A stretch of DNA of 64,000 nucleotides from Hyalangium minutum. Lineage in GTDB: Bacteria > Myxococcota > Myxococcia > Myxococcales > Myxococcaceae. The position numbers and the translations under genes are program-made. Positions within the stretch are counted from its first letter, which is position 1. Each line of letters starts with the position of its first letter. Below, in pieces: positions 41,736-50,973 of this stretch. The notes beneath the pieces were generated by a model, which saw only the letters and a program-made list of their open reading frames with translations, did not search any database and was not told the DNA's origin. Where the stretch lies: NCBI RefSeq assembly GCF_000737315.1, contig NZ_JMCB01000013.1:414919-478918 (forward strand), in the 5' to 3' direction.

Positions 41736-41796
41736 ACCTCTGGAGTAGGGTGCGCCCCGTCCGGTCATCGGGGACCGGTATAGGGGGAAGCACACC

Positions 41797-42204
41797 ATGG
41801 AGTTCCACAGAGGCCGGCTGTTCGACCACGTCCACCTGAAGGTTCGCGATCTCGAGGCGAGCAAGCGCTTCTATCGCGCCATCTTCGAGGTGCTGGGCGT
41901 CCCGTTCGGCGGAGAACGTCCAGGCGTGTTCTGGACCGATGAGCTCTACGTGAGCGCCACAACTCCGCTGACCACGAACATGCACCTGGCCTTCCAGGCA
42001 CCCGATCACGAGACCGTGCAGCGCTTCCACAAGGCCGCGGTCGCCGCAGGCGGCAAGGACAATGGAGGCCCTGGCGAGCGCCAGTACCACCCGGGCTACT
42101 ACGCGGCCTTCGTGCTCGATCCCGATGGGAACAACATCGAGGCCGTGTTCCATGGACCGGCGAAGCGCTCGGCGGCTTCCGTCGTCTTCACGACCGCAGG
42201 TTGA
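41797..42204 (+). CDS. VOC family protein
   Basis: FDHVHLKVRDLEASKRFY ... YYAAFVLDPDGNNIEAV. Confidence 0.92.
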   Translation: MEFHRGRLFDHVHLKVRDLEASKRFYRAIFEVLGVPFGGERPGVFWTDELYVSATTPLTTNMHLAFQAPDHETVQRFHKAAVAAGGKDNGGPGERQYHPGYYAAFVLDPDGNNIEAVFHGPAKRSAASVVFTTAG

Positions 42205-42220
42205 CGCCGCGCACCCGCGC

Positions 42221-44260
42221 TCAGGGCTGGAACCCGGGCAGTGACGGTGCCTGGGCCACGAGATCTCGGATGTGCTGCGGATCGAAGGGCTTGTCGATCA
42301 GTGGGAACGGCACTGTCTGCAGGAACGTGCGAGCCTTCTCGGTGAAGCTGCCGCCCGTCATGAAGACGAACCGCTCCAGGCAGGCCTTTCGTTGGGCCTG
42401 CAGCGCCTCGTAGACGTCCATTCCCGTCAGGTCCGCCATCATGAGATCGCAGAAGATGCGATCGAAGGCTTCGTCCTTCGCGAGGAGATCCAGCGCCTCG
42501 CGGCCGCTCTCCACCGCCACCACCTCGTGCGAGCGGCCGATGATGCGCCGGAACACCGAAGCCATCCCCGGCTCGTCGTCGATGACCAGCACTCGCCTGC
42601 GCCTGGCCACCTTCGCTATCGGCGCGGGCGTCAGCGCTGGCGCGGGTGCCATGCTCGTCGGCAGCACCACCCGGAACGTCGTTCCCACCCCGGGCTTGCT
42701 CGTGGCGCTCAGGTTCCCCTTCATGCTCTGCACCAGCCCCAGGCAGATGGAGAGCCCCAGCCCCATGCCCTCGCCCATGGACTTCGTGGTGAAGTAGGGC
42801 TCGAAGGCACGCTCCAGCACCTCCGGCGTCATCCCCCGGCCCGTGTCGCTCACCTCCACCACCACCCGCCCATCCTCCATCTTCGTGGTGAGCGTGATCC
42901 AGTGGTTCGCCGCATCGCCCTCGGGGATGGCCTGGGCCGCGTTCATCAGCAGGTGCAGGAACACCTGGCCCAGCTTCGCGTCGTTGGCCAGCGCCTTCGG
43001 CACGGGGTGGTAGCGCTTCTCCACCTGGGCCCGGTGGCGCAGGTGCGGCATCGCCATGGACAGGCTGAAGTCCAGTGCCTCGCGCACGTCCACCGGCCCC
43101 AGCAGGGACTCGTCCGCCCGAGCAAAGCGCTTCAGATCCGTCAGGATGCCGCGGATGCGCTCGGCGCCCGTCCGTGCCTCCTCGAGCGCCTCGAGCGGCT
43201 CCTGGAGTACCTCCGTGCTCGAAATCGGCCCCGTGAGCGAACCCAGCGCCTCCAGCGCGAAGTGCAGGTTGCCGATCACGAAGGACAGCGGGTTGTTGAT
43301 CTCGTGCCCCACGCCCGCCGCGAGCTGGCCCGCCACCGCCAGCTTCTCCGATTGGACGAGCTTCTCCCGTGCCGCCATCAGCTCCTTCGCTCGCTCGTAC
43401 GCGAGCGCCTCCGCCTCCAGCCGCAGCGAGTGCTCCCGGGCCAGCAGCGCATCCCGCTCCGCTTCCAGGCGCTTGCGATCGCGGATCTCCCGGAAGAAGG
43501 CCGACAGCCCCTGGCCCGAGGGATAGATGTGCACCTCGTACCAGTTGTCCGGCGGCAGGTACGCCTCGAAGCGGTACGAGACCCGGTGGGCCATGGCCCG
43601 GCGGAGCGCCTGCTCATACGGGGGCGCGGCCAGCCGAGGGATCATCTCCCAGAGGCTCCGGCTCAGCATCTGCTCGCGCGGCTGGGAGGACAGGTCCTCG
43701 GTGTGCACGTTGACGTAGGTGAAGTTCCAGTTCGCATCCACTGTGAAGAAGGCGTCGGGCGTGCCCTCGAGGATCTCCACCATGCGGTCTCGCGTCTGCC
43801 GCAGGGCCTCCTCGGTGCGCCGGGAGATGCTGATGTCCCGGAAGCGGGCGATGAGGAAGTGCCGCACTTTCATCACTGTGCAGTACAGCCAGCCCTCGCC
43901 GCGGCTGTCCGGATAGGCCACGGAGAGCTCCGCCGAGATGGGCTGCCCCGAGCCCTCCGCCGCGCACAGCACCGCCATCCAGCCCACCGCGTCCCGCCCC
44001 GGCAGCAGCTTGCGCAGCCGTTGCCCGGCCAGACTGCCCTCGCGAGGGCCGAGGATGGCGTGGGCGGCGGGGTTGGCGGAGAGGCACTCGAAGTCAGTGA
44101 TCGTCCCCGGGTCGTCATGCAGAGGCACCAGGAAGAGGCTCCCCTGGGGCGAGACCCGCTCCGCCTCCTCGAGCGCGCGCAGCAGGGCCGAGGCGTCGAG
44201 CGAGGACGTCTCCTGCAGCCGCTCTGTGGGAGTGGACTTCACGGGCAGTAGGCTCGACAT
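42221..44260 (-). CDS. PAS hybrid histidine kinase with a receiver domain
   Basis: PAS domains, GHEINNP H-box, HATPase, REC domain (IDDE, CDLMM, KPF). Confidence 0.93.
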   Translation of the reverse strand: MSSLLPVKSTPTERLQETSSLDASALLRALEEAERVSPQGSLFLVPLHDDPGTITDFECLSANPAAHAILGPREGSLAGQRLRKLLPGRDAVGWMAVLCAAEGSGQPISAELSVAYPDSRGEGWLYCTVMKVRHFLIARFRDISISRRTEEALRQTRDRMVEILEGTPDAFFTVDANWNFTYVNVHTEDLSSQPREQMLSRSLWEMIPRLAAPPYEQALRRAMAHRVSYRFEAYLPPDNWYEVHIYPSGQGLSAFFREIRDRKRLEAERDALLAREHSLRLEAEALAYERAKELMAAREKLVQSEKLAVAGQLAAGVGHEINNPLSFVIGNLHFALEALGSLTGPISSTEVLQEPLEALEEARTGAERIRGILTDLKRFARADESLLGPVDVREALDFSLSMAMPHLRHRAQVEKRYHPVPKALANDAKLGQVFLHLLMNAAQAIPEGDAANHWITLTTKMEDGRVVVEVSDTGRGMTPEVLERAFEPYFTTKSMGEGMGLGLSICLGLVQSMKGNLSATSKPGVGTTFRVVLPTSMAPAPALTPAPIAKVARRRRVLVIDDEPGMASVFRRIIGRSHEVVAVESGREALDLLAKDEAFDRIFCDLMMADLTGMDVYEALQAQRKACLERFVFMTGGSFTEKARTFLQTVPFPLIDKPFDPQHIRDLVAQAPSLPGFQP

Positions 44261-44355
44261 GCCGGAGCAGGCTCCAGGATGACAGGTCTCCGAATGCAGC
44301 GAGGGGCCCCCGAGTCTTCCCGGGAGCCCCCCTGATCAGTGGTCAGTGTCAAGTC

Positions 44356-44380
44356 CCCCTCCCGGTTCATGCGGGAGGGG
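44356..44380. terminator. Hairpin downstream of the metallopeptidase
   Basis: CCCCTCCCG-GTTCATG-CGGGAGGGG; weak U tail. Confidence 0.45.
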
Positions 44381-44396
44381 AAGACACCGGTGCAGT

Positions 44397-47300
44397 TTAG
44401 CGCGCGGCGCGCCGTCCCTGCGTGGACACCTTGCCAGGTGTGGCCTGGGCGATGGTGGGCGAGACCGTGAACACCAGGTCGTCGCGATCATCATAGCCGC
44501 CGGTGGTGCAGGAGCCCGCGGTGCTGCTGAAGCGGAAGTTGCCGCGGATGGCCTGCTGGCCGGTGGCCGTCGCGTTCAGGGTGAACGTGTGGGTGAACGT
44601 GTAGAAGCCACGCGTTGTCGGGCAGGAGAGGCCCGTGGTCAGCGCGGTCCAGGTCGGCGTCGCGGCCGTGGGGTTGGTCGAGTAGTACAGGTCCAGCTTG
44701 TCCGTGGAGCTGTAGCAGTGCGCCTTCGCGGTCAGCGTCACCTGCTTGCCCGGGGCCAGGTTGCCCTGGTCCACGGTCTTGAGGGTGAGCTGCTCCAGGC
44801 TCTCGTCCGTCTGGTAGGTGCCGGAGTTGCCATCGGCGCAGGTGCTGCCCAGGGTGTTGGGCCGGTTGGTCTCATTGCCGCTGGTCATCGTGCCGCGGCC
44901 CTTGATGGCCGTGGTGCCGGTGTCGCAGCCGCACGCGGCGGTACAGCTCGGGACCTTGAGCGTGGTGTTGTAGGTGGCCAACTGCGGCGAGCAGATGTTC
45001 GCCGTGGTGAAGCTGAACGTGCTGCTGTACGCGCTCGCGCCGCAGGTGTCCTTGGCGCGCGCCCGCCAGTAGTAGGTGGTGTTGGCGCTGAGCGCCGGGG
45101 ACACCGTCCAGGCGCTGGCCGCCAGCGCCGTGTTGGAGGCCACCACGGAGGCGAAGGCCGAGTCGCTGGCCACCTGCACCTCGTAGGCGGTGGCGCCCGT
45201 CACGTCCGTCCAGTCCAGGTCCGCCGCGGCGGAGACGCCGGTGGCGCCGTTGGCAGGGGCGGACAGGGTGGGCGCCGCGAGCGTGGTGCAGCCGCGCGTG
45301 GTGAAGGCGCTGGCCGAGGACCAGGTGCTGGAGCCGCCGCAGCTGTTGGCCGAGCGCACACGCCAGTAATAGGGGGTGTTGGCGTTGAGGGCCGGGGACA
45401 CCGTCCACGTGCTGGCCGTGAGGCCCGAGGCCGAGGCCACCACCGTGGCAAAGCCCGCGTCGCTGGCCACCTGCACGTCGTAGGTGGCTCCCGTCACGTC
45501 GCTCCAGTCGAGCACCGCGGCGAACTGCACGCCCGTGGCGCCGCCCGCCGGGCTGACGATGGCCGGAGTGCTGGGCGAGGCGCAGCTCGGCGTGGTGCAC
45601 ACGCACTGGCTGGCCTGGCTGTAGCAGGCGGCGCTCGTGCCCTGGCCAACGATGGAGTAGCAGTACTGGCGGCCGTTGGCGACCTCGCCATCCGTGTAGC
45701 TGGTGCCGGTGACGGTGGCGATCTTCGCCTTGCCGAAGTTGCAGCCCGCGAAGCCCTCCGTCTTCATCACCCAGTAGGAGCTGGCGCCCGTGGTGGTGCT
45801 CCAGTTCAGCGTCACCTGGCCGTCGCCCGGGGTGGCGGTGGCGGACGGAGCCGCGGTGGGGCCGCTGGCGCAGCCGCTGTCCACGGGGGCCGGAGTGGAG
45901 CATGCGATGTTGTGGCGGTTGAAGGCCGCGTAAATGGCCTTCATGTGCGGGGTGCCGTCGTTCAGGTTGCCGTTGTCGTCATCCGCCGCGAGCCAGGACA
46001 TGTAGCCGTTGGTGGCGCCGCAGCCGTTCGAGGTGCCGGCGGTGCAGTCACAGGCGTGCCACGTGCCGATGTTGCCGCTGCCCTGGTAGAAGACCTTGTT
46101 GGCGACGATGAAGGCGGTGTTGGAGTCGTAGTTGTACGGCGCGCCGCGCAGATCGCGCGACACGAGATCCCACGCGGCCTGACGCGCGGGCGCGGCGGCG
46201 CAGTGCACCTGGCGGCCGCAGGGGCCAGTGCTGGAGCTGCAGCGCGGGCAGACGTGGTTCTGCGGGGTGTCCGGGATGCCGTCCGTGTGCTTGGCCCAGT
46301 CCGCGTCGCGCACGCCCGAGCAGTTGGTGGCGCAGTGCGCGGGCTGCCCGGTCACCTGGTTCTCGTTCACGTTGTAGCCGGTGCCGTCCGCCGTCTGGCC
46401 GCAGCCCTTGTCGCTCGTCCAGAAGAAGCCGTGGCCCACGCACGAGGTCTGCAGGCGGTAGATGGCGGCGATGTCCGCGTAGCCCTCGCTGGAGTTGCTC
46501 AGCGAGCCGTTGGAGTCGTTGTTGTCCATGCCGTGACCCCACTCGTGGTCGAACACGGCGCCGATCTCGCCCGTGTTCCGGCAGCCACCGCCACTGCGGT
46601 AGAAGTTGACGGTGCCAGCGCTCCAGTAGGCGTTGCAGGTGCTGTTGATGTTGACGTTGGCGGTGAGCTGCCCCTGGAGCCACGTGTTGGAGGGCAGCCA
46701 GCCGCGGGCCTGCTCCTTCAGCTTGTTCAGCTCGTAGAAGGAGGAGCGCGCCGCCGCGGTGTTGCCCGCGCCGCCGCCGCCGGTGGTGCAGTCATGGTTG
46801 CCGTTGACGCCGCTCAGGTTCAGGTTGCCCGTGGCGGAGCTGAAGCTCACGGCGCCGCACGTGTCGCTGATCTTCACGTACTTGCCGGCCAGCGTGGTGG
46901 TGACCGTGCCGGAGCTGTAGTTGTAGATGCCGGCGCCGTCCGTGAAGTTGTTGGGCGAGGCCAGGCCCGTGTTCGCCCACGGCATGGGCGAGTTGGCCTG
47001 CAGGGAGCCGCACGTCTCGTTGTTGGGGCAGATCTCCGTGTTGGTGGAGGGATAGATGCCGCCGGTGATGCTGGCGTCCAGGTAGCTGTTGTCGTCCTCG
47101 AGCGCGAGCGTCTCGCCCGTCTGCGCGTCCACCGTCACCTTCCAGCTCTCGCTGCGGCCCTCCTCCTTGAAGCCGTACGTCCACACGAGCTGGTGGCTGT
47201 AGCCCGCACCGAACGTGCCGATGAAGCTCTGGCCGTTCTGCGTGTTGGCCGTGGCCAGCGGGGCGATCTCCAGCGTGGGCTGCATCCACAGGGCGCCCGG

Positions 47301-47981
47301 CGAGGAGAGCAGGCCCAGCCGCTCACTGGCCAGCGCCATCGCCTGCTGCGGGTCCACCGTGGGCTTCGCGGAGATGGAGGTGTTGGACCAGGCCTCGGTG
47401 CCCAGGAGGATGAGGTTGCCGTGGTTGATGACGGCCGCCACGCGTGCGTGACGCACGGGCACGCCTTGAACTTCCTGCGGAATGTGGACCATCCACAGGT
47501 GCTCGGAGACCTTCGTCACCTTGGGCGCGCCCAACTGCAGCGGATCCACGCCGATGGCCTTCGCGTTCTCCGAGACGAACTTGACGATCAAGTCGCCCAC
47601 GACGGCCTCGGTGACCTGGCTCACCCCGCGGCCCAGCGCCAGGCGCAGGCTGCTGAGCGTCACGGTGTTGCCCACGCCATCGCCCGGAATCATCGGGATG
47701 GAGCCCTGGATGGAGGTGGCCGCGCCCGTGCGCGGATCCAGGTACACGTGGAAGTTCTTCCCGTTGCGCGCGAAGAAGTCCGCCCACGCGCTCTGGCCTT
47801 GGGCCGTCAGCTTCTGCTGGACGTCCTGCAGCGGCTCGTTGGTGACGGGGATGTAGAGCTCGGGCTTGAAGAAGGCCTTGCTCGAGAGGGTGCTCGGACC
47901 CTGTTGGGGGGGGACGATCGCCCAGCTCGCCGCCGACAACAGCAGTGCGAGACAGGCGGTCAACTTCGCGACATGGCGCAT
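44397..47981 (-). CDS. Large secreted gluzincin (M4/M36-like) metallopeptidase with FN3-type repeats
   Basis: Signal peptide, propeptide/PepSY-like region, HEWGH plus downstream SEGYAD, FN3 and two duplicated APANGATG modules. Start at MRHVAKL. Confidence 0.88.
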   Translation of the reverse strand: MRHVAKLTACLALLLSAASWAIVPPQQGPSTLSSKAFFKPELYIPVTNEPLQDVQQKLTAQGQSAWADFFARNGKNFHVYLDPRTGAATSIQGSIPMIPGDGVGNTVTLSSLRLALGRGVSQVTEAVVGDLIVKFVSENAKAIGVDPLQLGAPKVTKVSEHLWMVHIPQEVQGVPVRHARVAAVINHGNLILLGTEAWSNTSISAKPTVDPQQAMALASERLGLLSSPGALWMQPTLEIAPLATANTQNGQSFIGTFGAGYSHQLVWTYGFKEEGRSESWKVTVDAQTGETLALEDDNSYLDASITGGIYPSTNTEICPNNETCGSLQANSPMPWANTGLASPNNFTDGAGIYNYSSGTVTTTLAGKYVKISDTCGAVSFSSATGNLNLSGVNGNHDCTTGGGGAGNTAAARSSFYELNKLKEQARGWLPSNTWLQGQLTANVNINSTCNAYWSAGTVNFYRSGGGCRNTGEIGAVFDHEWGHGMDNNDSNGSLSNSSEGYADIAAIYRLQTSCVGHGFFWTSDKGCGQTADGTGYNVNENQVTGQPAHCATNCSGVRDADWAKHTDGIPDTPQNHVCPRCSSSTGPCGRQVHCAAAPARQAAWDLVSRDLRGAPYNYDSNTAFIVANKVFYQGSGNIGTWHACDCTAGTSNGCGATNGYMSWLAADDDNGNLNDGTPHMKAIYAAFNRHNIACSTPAPVDSGCASGPTAAPSATATPGDGQVTLNWSTTTGASSYWVMKTEGFAGCNFGKAKIATVTGTSYTDGEVANGRQYCYSIVGQGTSAACYSQASQCVCTTPSCASPSTPAIVSPAGGATGVQFAAVLDWSDVTGATYDVQVASDAGFATVVASASGLTASTWTVSPALNANTPYYWRVRSANSCGGSSTWSSASAFTTRGCTTLAAPTLSAPANGATGVSAAADLDWTDVTGATAYEVQVASDSAFASVVASNTALAASAWTVSPALSANTTYYWRARAKDTCGASAYSSTFSFTTANICSPQLATYNTTLKVPSCTAACGCDTGTTAIKGRGTMTSGNETNRPNTLGSTCADGNSGTYQTDESLEQLTLKTVDQGNLAPGKQVTLTAKAHCYSSTDKLDLYYSTNPTAATPTWTALTTGLSCPTTRGFYTFTHTFTLNATATGQQAIRGNFRFSSTAGSCTTGGYDDRDDLVFTVSPTIAQATPGKVSTQGRRAAR

Positions 47982-48173
47982 ACGGCTCTCCGGAAGAGGG
48001 GACCGCGAACGAGGGGCCGGGGGTAGGGCCCAGTGGGGGATGGCAGCGCCGGATGAAGAGTCGGAAAAGAAGAAGGCTGCCAGCAAGCTTGCTTGCCGGG
48101 GAGGCGGTCTAAACCAGAATCTCCGGTGAGACAAGGACTGGCAGTGTTAGCAGGGAAGCACTTTTAGTCCGTA

Positions 48174-49679
48174 TCAACTTTTCGGCCAGATCTGTACCCA
48201 GTCGTCCTGGATCAGCTTGCCGCCGGTGCGCTCGGTGGTGCCGCTGGCGGAGAAGCCTCGGGGTTCGCTCATGGCGCGCACGCCGGCCTCGAGCCAGAGC
48301 AGCAGCAGCGCCGCCGAGGCCATCGCGGGGAGTCTCGCGGAGAGCGTGGGGCGGCGGGAGGCAAGAACCTGGAGGGGAAGCAGCAGCAATGGGAGGAGGG
48401 CGGGGAAGAGCGCCAACATGCCTCGCGCGTAGCCGAAGAAGGCGAGGGTGATGAGGAAGCGGTGCAGGAGCACCGCGGTGAAGAGGCTGAAGGCGCGGTG
48501 AGGCGCGCGCAGCGAGAGTCCAGCGCCGACGAGCAGGAGCAGCGCGAGTGGCCACTTGAGCCAGTGGCTCTCGGGGATGAAGACGTCCACAGGGGGCCGG
48601 GCTCCGCGCAGCCCCGAGGGGAAATTGGAGACGCCGAGTCCCAGGCTCAGACCCTCCAGCCAGCGGTCGAGCTTGGCGAGCAGGAGGCGGGTGGCATCGC
48701 CAGGGTTCTCGGCCATCCAGCGGAGGCCCTCGGAGTAGCCATGGAGCAGGAGGTGGCGCTGTGAAGGGTTGGCCGCGTCGAGGTGGCCGTCCGCGCCGAG
48801 CTTGTTGACGAGATCTGGAGTGAAGCCGCCCGTGGCCTGGGCGTTGTTGGCCATGGCGAAGTTGATGGGGCCGTACACTGTGACGAGGGTGAGCTCTGGG
48901 AGCGGCTCAAGGCCTGGGGCCTGCGCATTCAGCTCCTGGATCACGCGCGCATTGCGCACGCTCCAGGGGGCCAGCACGGCCAGGGAGACGGCCATCGCCA
49001 CGGCCCAGCGGACGAGCTGAGGCTTCAGCGGCACCTGCCGGTCGCGAGCGAAGGCCGCGAAGGCGAGGAGGAACGGCCAGAGGTAGAGGTGCTCGGCGCG
49101 AGTCAGCGAGCCCAGCCCCATGACAGCGCCCAGGAGCACCGCAGCCCACCACGCCAGCCCGCTCCGGGCCTGGAGCACCAACGCGCACGTGGCAGAGAGG
49201 AAGAGGGCGTAGAGCACCTCGTTGCTATAGGTGGTGGAGAGGACGAGCCACCCGAAGCTGGCGGAGAAGAGGCCCGCGGCGAGCAGGCTCCAGGCCGTGC
49301 CGAGCACCCGGCGCCACCACGCCCACGTGAACGCCACGGTGGCGGAGTGGAGCACCGCGAGGCTCAGCTTGTACGGGAACGCATCGCCGCGCGGCTCGCC
49401 GAGCAGTTGGTACAGCCACCCGAGGAGCGCGGGGAACAGCGGCGGGTGGTACGGGAGCGTGGGCTGCGCGGGGCTCCGGTCCCGGGCCCAATCCAAGGCG
49501 TACGTGTGGAAGAAGCGGCTGTCTCCATAGAAGAAGATGGAGAAGGGCCACGAGCGGTCCGGCGCGCCCAGCAGGTACAGCACCCGGAGCAGCAGGCTCA
49601 GCAGGAACGTGGCGGTGACGCCCACGGCCACGGGATGCCGCGTGCAGAACTGCCGCGCACTGAGGAGGAGCCGGCGCAT
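48174..49679 (-). CDS. GT-C (ArnT/PMT-like) integral membrane glycosyltransferase
   Basis: Many TM segments, N-terminal loop GDSRFFH...YHPPLFP, YSNE and LTRAE. Confidence 0.75.
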   Translation of the reverse strand: MRRLLLSARQFCTRHPVAVGVTATFLLSLLLRVLYLLGAPDRSWPFSIFFYGDSRFFHTYALDWARDRSPAQPTLPYHPPLFPALLGWLYQLLGEPRGDAFPYKLSLAVLHSATVAFTWAWWRRVLGTAWSLLAAGLFSASFGWLVLSTTYSNEVLYALFLSATCALVLQARSGLAWWAAVLLGAVMGLGSLTRAEHLYLWPFLLAFAAFARDRQVPLKPQLVRWAVAMAVSLAVLAPWSVRNARVIQELNAQAPGLEPLPELTLVTVYGPINFAMANNAQATGGFTPDLVNKLGADGHLDAANPSQRHLLLHGYSEGLRWMAENPGDATRLLLAKLDRWLEGLSLGLGVSNFPSGLRGARPPVDVFIPESHWLKWPLALLLLVGAGLSLRAPHRAFSLFTAVLLHRFLITLAFFGYARGMLALFPALLPLLLLPLQVLASRRPTLSARLPAMASAALLLLWLEAGVRAMSEPRGFSASGTTERTGGKLIQDDWVQIWPKS

Positions 49680-49695
49680 GGAGAGGCCCGGCACC

Positions 49696-50928
49696 TTACA
49701 TGGAAGCGTCCTCGACGATCTCCCATCCATCGCTTCGCCGGTGCAGGACCAGCAGCGTGAGGCCCGTGGCCGGTGCCTTGTCCGGGTAGGCCAGGGTCCA
49801 CCGCGCCACCACGCTCACGCCATGCACCCGCGAGGCGAGCGCGTCGCCGAAGGCGGAGTACTCGATGCCCTTGGCCAGCCGGGTCTCCAGGAACTCGAAG
49901 GAGAGCGTCCCCAGCGCCTTGCGGTCAGGGTAGCGCTGGCGGTAGCGCGCGAGCACCTGGGCTCGCCCGCGCGTCAGCCCCGTGGGCGAGAGGAAGGCCG
50001 CGTCCTCGGCGTACACCGAGCAGAAGGCCTCCAGGTCTCCCTGGTTCCAGGCCTCGGCCTGCTTGCGAAGCAGGGCGTGGACGGCGGCCTCCGTGTCCTG
50101 GCGCACCTTCTTGTCGATGAGCCGATCCCACAGCGAGGGCCCGTGCGTGCCGATGAACTCGTGTGGCTCGGAGAAGATGGGGTGGGCGAGCACCTCGTCG
50201 GCGGTGGCGAAGCGGTGCCCCGTCTGCTCCAGCCACGTGAAGAGGCGATCCCACTCCGCGGCGCCCACCGCGTTGGCGTGCAGCAGGAGGATCTGCGGCG
50301 ACACCCCGCCTACCCGCTTGTCCCCGCGGGCCTCGGCGGTGCGCACCGCGACGTGCAGGGCCTCCTGGTACTCCTCCGACACGGGCTTGCCCTGGATGAA
50401 GGGCTGCTCGAAGGACCAGTCCTGGTTGTCGATGGTGACGGGCAGTGCCCGCTGCTTCGACTCGGCAAGGTAGGCCCGGACGGCCCGCAGCTTCTCGAGC
50501 GTCTCGCCCTCGCGAAGGAAGGGAAAGCGGAAGAAGCGCAGCGTCTTGCCTCGCGAGGCCAGGTGCTTTGCCAGCAGGGCGCGCTCCTGCTCGACGTCGG
50601 CGATGAAGTCCTCCGCGCTCTTCTGGGTGAGGGACGGGTGCGAGTACGAGTGGTTGCCCAGCTCGTGTCCGTCCGCGAGCCAGAGGTCGAGCAACCGCGT
50701 TTGTTCCGGCTCCTTCAGATGAGAGCCGTTCACCAGCCCCACGGCCTGAATGTGGTGCTTCTTCAGGACGGCCAGCAGCCCTCGGGTGATGCGCTCGCGC
50801 TCGGCGGGGTTTGGGTGGAGGGAGATGGCGGCGACGGGGAGGTCATCCACGGTGATGAGCAGCGGGCGTCCCGCCGGGGGAGGGGGAGCGGCTCCGAGCA
50901 GCATGACCATCAGGACAGGGGCAAGCAT
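49696..50928 (-). CDS. Exported polysaccharide deacetylase fused to a SnoaL/DUF4440-like domain
   Basis: Signal peptide, TVDD, GNHSYSH, RFPF and LLLHA; C-terminal AWNQGDLEAFCSVY...WEIVEDASM. Confidence 0.85.
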   Translation of the reverse strand: MLAPVLMVMLLGAAPPPPAGRPLLITVDDLPVAAISLHPNPAERERITRGLLAVLKKHHIQAVGLVNGSHLKEPEQTRLLDLWLADGHELGNHSYSHPSLTQKSAEDFIADVEQERALLAKHLASRGKTLRFFRFPFLREGETLEKLRAVRAYLAESKQRALPVTIDNQDWSFEQPFIQGKPVSEEYQEALHVAVRTAEARGDKRVGGVSPQILLLHANAVGAAEWDRLFTWLEQTGHRFATADEVLAHPIFSEPHEFIGTHGPSLWDRLIDKKVRQDTEAAVHALLRKQAEAWNQGDLEAFCSVYAEDAAFLSPTGLTRGRAQVLARYRQRYPDRKALGTLSFEFLETRLAKGIEYSAFGDALASRVHGVSVVARWTLAYPDKAPATGLTLLVLHRRSDGWEIVEDASM

Positions 50929-50973
50929 GACCCTCGTCTAGCAGGGCCCAGGTCGGGCAGGATAGGTGCCACC

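Noticed and set aside
44346-48026. 1226-aa plus-strand ORF
   Set aside because: Antisense shadow of the metallopeptidase.
49537-50973. N-terminal half of the 981-aa ORF as a fusion to the FAD oxidase
   Set aside because: It overlaps the deacetylase and glycosyltransferase on the opposite strand. The real start is most likely ATG 50974.
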